A DNA stretch of 64,000 nucleotides from Amoebidium appalachense (taxonomy: Eukaryota; Protista; Ichthyosporea). The stretch covers positions 4,550,310 to 4,614,309 of the forward strand of contig CAVNZM010000008.1 in the NCBI GenBank assembly GCA_963693365.1, given 5' to 3'. Positions 56,360 through 64,000 of the stretch are shown piece after piece. Made by a program: the position numbers and the translations under genes. The notes beneath the pieces were generated by a model. That model saw nothing but the letters and a program-made list of their open reading frames with translations. It was not told the origin of the DNA and made no database searches. Within the stretch, counting starts at the first letter, position 1, and the number at the start of each line of letters is the position of its first letter.

Positions 56360-57705
56360 CAGCATCACGGAAACCAGCAAGGGTAATTTCGGTGGTACGG
56401 TCCACAACACCAACTCGTTCCGTGCTGTGCAGGAGATTGCTTGGGATCAGGTAAAGGAAAGAAACAAGGACATGGAACGGAAATTGGCAATGGAAAAGGA
56501 AGAGGAAGAACAGAAAAAGAGGGAGGAAGAAGAAAGAATCGAGAAGGAGAGAGCAGAGAGGGAAGCAGAGGAAGAGAGAGAGCGGGAGAGGGTGAAGAGA
56601 GAGGAAGAGGAACGATTGAGGTTGGAGCAAGAGGAAAAGGAAAGGAGGGAGGAAGAGCAAAGACAGAAAGAGGAAGAAGAGAGGAAACAGAGAGAAGAAC
56701 AGGAAAGAAGAGAGAGGGAGGAGATGGAGGAAAGGAGAAAGAAGGAGGAAGAAGAGGAGAGAAAACGGAGGGAGCAAGAGGAGGAGGAGGCTATTCGTCG
56801 GGTGTTGGTTTGCGACACTGCCGCTATTATGGGTGAATTGACGGATAAACCATCGGAAATGGAGGAACCTGAACCCGCCGCACAAACAAACCCCCCCCGA
56901 ACCACCACAGACGACCCCCGACAACCGCCCGTGGGTGTTTTTGGATGCCGGCCGAGTGTATGCGATGCCAGTCGAAAAACTGGCGCAGTGTCCCCCGATA
57001 CCCCCCGAAATTTTCTCGAGCCCCATCGGTGGTTCTGGTTCAAGCGTCAGGGTCACGTATACGCCGGAGGGTATTGTTGTGGAGCACTTGGGTCCCGTCG
57101 ACGTCACCACATATTGCAAGATGAAAAACATGGTAATTACGCCAGGGGTGCGGACCCCCGCTCCTCCGGTTCCTTCTGTCGTTCGTCCCGGTAGCCCACA
57201 GGTGATTAGGGGGACCGATTCGACCCCCCCGGCGGCGGCGGCAGGCGAGGGCACCATTGTGCCCAGACGGAGACCAAGTTTCTTCGAGAAATTTAAGGGG
57301 TCGTTTAAAGCGGGATCGGTGAACGGGTTGGAGGGGGTTAAGAAACCGGTCGTGGTGGTTATCGCACAGGACGGAACACGGACGGAGACGAGTTTGGAGG
57401 AGGAGGGAGGGAAGAAGAAGAAGAAGGGAGGGCTGAGGAAGTTTTTCCTCAAGCTGTGGAAGATTATGACGTTCACGGACACGGAGAAGGCCAAGAAGTC
57501 CAAGGGGGAGAAGGCGCCGACGCTCCGCGATTTCCAAGTCCAGCAATCGCAATCGCCATCGCAATCGCAGAAATCGGCAACCGCGTCCAAACCAGCGCCG
57601 CAGCCACGTACGGTCGTGTATGTTAAGCACAAGAAAGCGGCCATGGTGAAGCTGCCCAATACGGTACCCGTCATGTACGCATATCGAGGGGGGCGAGACC
57701 GATGA
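54245..57705 (+). CDS. Hypothetical protein: Ser-rich N-terminus, possible degenerate CBM48/AMPK-beta-like domain, E/R coiled coil (exons 54245-54724, 55418-55938, 56186-56242, 56363-57705; apparent 1-nt indel in the C-run near 56895)
   Basis: Phase-consistent splice sites (third donor is GC). VYVHGSFN..W..M and LNGKY..GTVHN resemble the AMPK-beta glycogen-binding motif. Removing one C joins ORFs 56427-57194 and 56935-57705. Confidence 0.6.
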
Positions 57706-58276
57706 CCCCACCCCCATACACGGCGTCGGCGGCACGGGGTTCGTTCAATAACGTACACAAGGGCCACGTTATTCGGCCAATGAGAAGCACCAACCGGCCC
57801 CCGGTCAGGCCAATCGTTTTGCTTCCCGTGGACCAGCTGTCCAATCAGAGGACGGCGATGGTTGCCTAAGATGGGCAATGGTTGGTATGCTGTAGCTGAG
57901 TCGGGTTTCTTTGTGAGTAGTGTTTAGTTGTTTTGTTGCTTATTTGTTCAAACGATCATAGTATTTCTTTTCCTTTAGGTAATAAGATGGGGGTGTGGGA
58001 GGCTGAATTTAGATATGTCTTTGATGTTGTTTTGCCAGTAATCTCAAATGAAGAAGCCATGTCAATCGTGATAACCTCAGAAGCTCGTGCAGAAAGTACC
58101 CGTTGTATATATACATTTGGATATACAGACAATTTGAGCTATACATAGTCACACTTGCTAGAAAGCTTCGATTGTAATGAGTGCTTGTGTGTTTGTGTGG
58201 TGATTAGTTCGGTGTGTGCGTGTGTATCTCTCTGTGTGTGTGTGTGTTGGGCGGGCGGGCGGGCGGGCGGGTGGGG

Positions 58277-58311
<35 letters not shown>

Positions 58312-59093
58312 CATCGGTGACTATGCTTTTTCTCGACATGCTCAACTATTCTGATATAACTTTCCGTCAACAGTTATCCCAATCACTCGGTTAAGCATGC
58401 TTAATCTCTTCTGTGAGGTAGATATCTAGCAGCATCCCTCGTTTAACCTTTTTATTCCCATCGAGAATCTGCATCATGTGTATAAGTGTTTCAAGTTGAG
58501 TAACCGCAAAGAGCTCTTGTTGACAAAGTAGCAAGACTTAGTCACAAACCATATGAGATGGGTGATGTCAAACGTGTGATGACGTACTATGGGGTAGACT
58601 ATATGTTGATCGCCGGCTTTGTAAGTCAACAGATCAACTTATGCTACATATAATGGTACTGGACGTATATAAACTTGGTCTATAGTCAAATGTTACTTCT
58701 ATTGCACCCCGATTCCCACTCCCCCCCTCCGCCCCCCAACCTCTCTTTGCCCCACACATATACATGTGCGTCATCATCACCACGATACGGACAAATGCAC
58801 TTCAACACAAACACGTGCACACACTAAAACACTATGTGCATGCACCCCCCCCCCCCCCCCCCTCCTGCTTCAGGGCCCGTCCATCGTAATTTGGAGTGCA
58901 ATCATGTGATGCCGTTGTGGGAGTAGTATAAGATATGTGCTATGATGTGGGTGGGTGGGTGTGGGATGGGCGCAACCAATTCGTAGAGAGAGAGAAGGGG
59001 GGGGGGGGGGAGGGGGGGGAGGAGGGGGAAAGGGGGAGAGAGAGGGAGAGGGAGGGAGGGAGAGAGGGAGAGAGCGAGAGGGAGAGAGTGTTG

Positions 59094-59136
<43 letters not shown>

Positions 59137-59688
59137 CTGTGTGTTTGTCTGTGTGTGTGTGTGTGTGTGTTTGTGTGTGGGTGTGTGTGTGCACATGTGT
59201 GTGTGTGTGTGTGTGTTTGTGTGTGTGTGGGTGTGTGGGTGTGTGTGCACGTGTGTGTGTGTGGAACACTGCATGTGCAAAAGTGACGTGTTCGGTGGCA
59301 GTCACGGGGCTAATCAAGTAAGTGGGTGCGTATAGCCCGGTATGTACACTGAATACGATTTCATAAAACAAACAGCTAGAAGTGGGAATATCGGTCGTTC
59401 ACAATCCATAAGAGTATTTTATGAATACCGCGCAATCTTTGCAATCAGCCGTGTCATGCACAACACAAACGTACGTTGTATCGACATGTAACCCCCCCCC
59501 CCCCCCCCCCCCCCATCCTCCCGCTTTGCGGCTACTCTGCTCTTGTTTGTTGCTTCCACGGAGCTTCATTTATTGATTACATTAGGAAAATAAAAATTTG
59601 GTTCATAAACGGTCATTCGAAAGAGAGTATAATATGGCAATGCATACGAATTCACAGTGCCCGTGATACCACAACCAAAATGCAGACA

Positions 59689-59756
<68 letters not shown>

Positions 59757-60265
59757 ACACCCGTGTATGTATGTGTAATGCGTGTGCACCTGTGTGTGTG
59801 TGTATGCCTTGTGTGAACCTAGGCACCTACATACGAACACAGTGGGCCTTTGCATACAGTCCTGCGTGCGCACGTGTGTGTGTGTGTACCTGTGGCCTGA
59901 ACATGCATGTGTCTGTGCATTGGATGTGTATGCACACGTGCATGCTTCGCTACTGGATGTAGCCTCTGCTATGAAGTACTATTCCATACCATCTGTTCAC
60001 CATAGATGCAGGATTGCACACAAGACACCAACATTTACATCTTTTGCTTACCCTACAAATCGTCGGAACATTATATAAATTACACAACCATTCATACCAT
60101 GCCTCCTACACTTCGTGAATGAAATTTCCCTTCATATCTTATAGTATATCTAACTTATTCACTAATTATGAGGCCTTGCCTGTCCACCTGAACCAGGCAC
60201 TTGCTCATGAAATTGCACAGCATGAATCTAGGTTATCTCGGTGTATATCTAGATTATCTCGGTGC

Positions 60266-60812
60266 TCAGTTTTTCTTCGCTGTTGGTGTGAAGCCCAAGA
60301 GTGCTTCCAGTTGTGTTCTCTTGCGCTCCGATAGTGCAGCCGTAGCTTGCTGCAGGTGCCGCCTGTGTGTAATTTCATTCACATCAGCGAGGAAATCATG
60401 ATATCCTTTGCGGGGAAACGTCATATCTACAGGCACACTCGAATTTCTAGGGGAAAAGAGAAGTAGTTCTGCTACGCTTCCCTTTTGAGATTTCGTTAGG
60501 AGATGAGGCTATCGCTTGTTGGATAAGGTCAAATCTACTGGCACACTCAAATATTTCACTGAAAAACGAAAATATTGTAGGCTCGAACCATCTCTTTCAG
60601 AACCCCCCCCCCCCCCCCCCCCCCCCGCCTGCCCTTTGTGCGATTGCAATGCATTGGAAATAGGAAGCGCACACTCACGGCGGAAGGCATGATGCAGACT
60701 TTTTAAATAGAAGAACACACACAATGAGTATGCATTGGGGTGGGGTGGGATGCGGGCAGGGGGAGATGGGGCTGGTGGTGCTTGGCTGGTTGTTCTTGTT
60801 GGTGGTGGTGGT

Positions 60813-60844
<32 letters not shown>

Positions 60845-60886
60845 GGTGGTTGGTGGTTTGGTGGGTGAGTGGGTGGGTGGGTGGAT

Positions 60887-60937
<51 letters not shown>

Positions 60938-61071
60938 GGTCTCAATACGTACGTTGCTGCCGTAGCACGTGCATGGTCGTCAAAAACGAGCTGAAGGTTC
61001 TCACTGATCTCACCGGAGGCGGACGGCCTGAGGCTGTCAAGACGCACATGAAGCTTGCGCTGTACGTGTAC

Positions 61072-61104
<33 letters not shown>

Positions 61105-61927
61105 GGCACACGTTTTTGTGCTCTTCCTGGAAACGAAGTGGTTTTATAATCGTTAGCAACCACCATCAGTATCAATGCATATTAGAAGCAGGAGAGAACA
61201 GACACAACAGCAAGCATAAACTACCCCCCCCCCCCCCCTAGAGATGAAACATAGGTCGTCAACTTTCTTGCTTCCGTTTGTTTTTGTGTTATACAGATTG
61301 TATGTGTGTGTGATCACCCGCACGTGTGTGCTTGTGTGTGTACGTGTGCGCGCGTGCGTGTTTTAATACTAGGTTATTAGAGAAAGCCCTGCACACATAC
61401 CGGGTCTCCAAAGTCCGCAATAGTGGTGACCCTCTGCAGATCATGCACCATTCTCACCACCCCGCAGCCAAGTTTTGATTTGTCGGGTTCGACCAAAAGG
61501 AACCGTTCCGTATCCACCACTAGGAACCGGAGGGGGCTATATGGCTCCCCGGTCACAATCTTGCACGAGAGAAGGTCCCGGTTTGCTGTGTGCATGCATG
61601 GAAATACGTGATTAGAACATGCTAGAAAGGATGAGCTTATACACCTGTGCTGGGATTACAATGTTTTGGAATGTCCCAGGAAATATGCTGAGAACCCCCC
61701 CCCCCCCCTCCCCCCCCCCCCCCCCCCCCCCATCTCCCTCCTACCCCCCCATCCCCCCCTCCCAGCCACACGGGCGCAGGGATTCCGGGGCAAGCACGTG
61801 TGTACACACCATTACAACCATGCACGAGGGCTTAAAGGCGAGAAAATTATACCAAACACCAGCACACCCACCCACACATACACACATGCACAAGCACACA
61901 AGCAAGCGCACAAACACACACACGCAC

Positions 61928-61965
<38 letters not shown>

Positions 61966-62028
61966 GCAACCACATTCAAAAACCAGACAGGCACTTGCAC
62001 ACGAGCCGAATCACAATTCACGGCGAAT

Positions 62029-62059
<31 letters not shown>

Positions 62060-62949
62060 TTCCACACACACACACACATACACACAACCACAAACGGGCA
62101 CGCACCCAGATCGATGCTCTTCCCAACCATGTCTCCCATCTGTGCACATGCAGACAGGGGCAGGGAGGTTTCCTTCTGTCGGCTCATCAGCTGCAACAGT
62201 CTGCGCACAACAAAGAATGCTTGGAGCGCATGTTCTCGCCTCTCACCCTCCCCATTGGCCAATCGCCTGGTAAGGGGAATCCCTGGAATGCGATTTATTG
62301 GGTTGGGGGGGGGGGGGGGGGGGGTTTGAATGCGGAACACAGTACGAAGTACGCATACACGATGAGAAGCATGGTGCAAGACACATGCAAAGGCAAACAT
62401 TCAGGGTGGAGGAGCATATTAATATGCACCCGAGTTTCAACTCATTCACCCGGTAAGCGGAACCAATTCAGGGACCCGGGAAATATTAGCGGGGAGATGC
62501 TATCATTGTAAGGATCGATAAGCAATAAGATAAACAAATTGCTGGATCATCAGATCAATCCCTTTTTTGATTAAAATTCAATACAAGATTAATATACTTT
62601 TCTATTGGTAGATGCTTCACAAATTAAACACATGGTTCATGACAGCCACCAAACATCATAGCAGCTTCCTACCCTACGTTCTGTCTGGTTCATTTGCTCG
62701 TTCAGTTTTCATCTTATTACTATCGTTTTTGCATTTTTCTTCTTCCTTCTTCTCTTTTCCCTTGCTTTTTTCTCCCCTGCCCACCTCTTCCTCTCTCTCA
62801 GCCCCCCCCCCCCCCCCCCCCCCCCGGATTTTTCTCTCAACGCACGCTCCCTCTTCCCCCCCCCCCCCCTCCCCCCCTTTTCCTCCCTCTCTCTCTTTCT
62901 GGATTTTTTTGGGGGGGTTGCCCGGGGGGGGGGGGGGGGGGAGGGGGAG

Positions 62950-62981
<32 letters not shown>

Positions 62982-63080
62982 ATATATACCAGTGAGTGGG
63001 GTGGTGACTGGGGGCATGAGCACAGACCAGTCCATCATCAGACTCCTGAGGTTGAGCGGTTTGACCCGGCTGTACTCATA
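60266..63080 (-). CDS. CLEC16A: CLEC16A/TT9 homolog, last five exons (63080-62990, 62282-62106, 61585-61401, 61059-60953, 60362-60266); the 5' part lies further right and was not resolved
   Basis: KPLNLRSLMMDWSVLMPPVTTPLTGIPLTRRLANGE..RFLVVD..LLVEPDKSKLGCGVV..LVFDDHARA match my recollection of human CLEC16A (KPMNVEYLMMDASILLPPTGTPLTGIDFVKRLPCGD..RFLAVD..SLVEPDVSRLGWGVV..FIFSDHIRC). GT-AG introns, phases consistent. Confidence 0.88.
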
Positions 63081-63174
63081 CTGTATACGTGTATGTAAAA
63101 ATATGCGTGCGCGCATGTGTGTTTATGTGAGTGTGTGTGCGTGGGAGGGGGGACGGGGGACGGGGAGAGGGGGC

Positions 63175-63259
<85 letters not shown>

Positions 63260-63546
63260 TACGTGTGAGTTAGTGGGTGTGTATCCCATTGACAAACAAA
63301 CGGGTTCGATTCTTTAACCTCTTAGCATCTACATCCCAACTCATCCTTCAGTTCAACTGCAATCATCGTGTCAATCTGCTTTGCCCAAGGGCGAGCAGGG
63401 ATCTGGAGGGAGCAGCAATGCAAAGTGAACACGCTTTACCAACACAATCATCTACAAACGAAAAAGTGAGTCATTTTGGCTTCCACAACGCTCCCCAACT
63501 CCCAAGCCTATGAAGGGGAAAGTGACGTGAAGTGAGTGAGTGAGTG

Positions 63547-63720
<174 letters not shown>

Positions 63721-64000
63721 AGAGGGGGGGGGGGGGGAAGGCCGGAGGAAGAGGGGTGGTGGTGGAGGGGGGGGGGGGTGTTGAAATGAGCTACAGAGTG
63801 CAATGTACACATTCATGACGAACAGCCAGGGGGGAGTGTGGTAGGGGTGGGGTGGGTGGGTGAGGGGGGGGGGGGGGGGGGGGGGGGGGGGAGGGGGGGG
63901 GGGGGGGGGTGATGGCTTCAATAAACCGTGGAGAATATGAAAGCAAATCAAACGATACAAAGAAAAAAAGAACTCTCGACCCAAACTCGTGTGCGGGGGG

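Noticed and set aside
56890-56900. Frameshift or pseudogenisation of the coiled-coil gene
   Set aside because: It falls in a C-run in a homopolymer-rich assembly, so it is most likely a base-calling indel.
56244-57878. 544-aa minus-strand ORF with a hydrophobic F/L stretch
   Set aside because: Antisense shadow of the purine-rich coiled-coil exon; it ends in a (TG)n tract.

Overview
Eukaryotic nuclear DNA with spliceosomal introns packed with poly-C/poly-G and (CA)n/(TG)n tracts; the lineage cannot be determined from this window. About half the window is three transposon nests. (1) 3098-15237: a Ty1/copia element whose 3' LTR is split by a complete Ngaro-type tyrosine-recombinase (YR) retrotransposon, which itself holds an inverted solo LTR of the same copia family. 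(2) 32711-45616: a Fot1/pogo-like DD35D transposon interrupted by a second copia family that contains an inverted copy of itself. (3) 46025-53249: a patchwork of at least four related non-LTR (LINE) families, with more pieces at 1085-1704 and 30251-31215; two of these families end in GTAAACCC(C)n rather than poly(A). Host genes: an 11-exon NagD-like HAD-IIA phosphatase (19307-29015, minus), a coiled-coil gene with a possible CBM48-like domain (54245-57705, plus), and the last five exons of a CLEC16A homolog (60266-63080, minus). Best leads: one splice donor in the YR element gag is in frame with acceptors before both the RT and YR ORFs; the LINE ends and head-to-head insertions without TSDs; a copia family whose terminal A is not encoded by its 5' LTR; and an intron pattern of poly-C after donors and (CA)n before acceptors. 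Homology calls are from motif recognition, not database searches.
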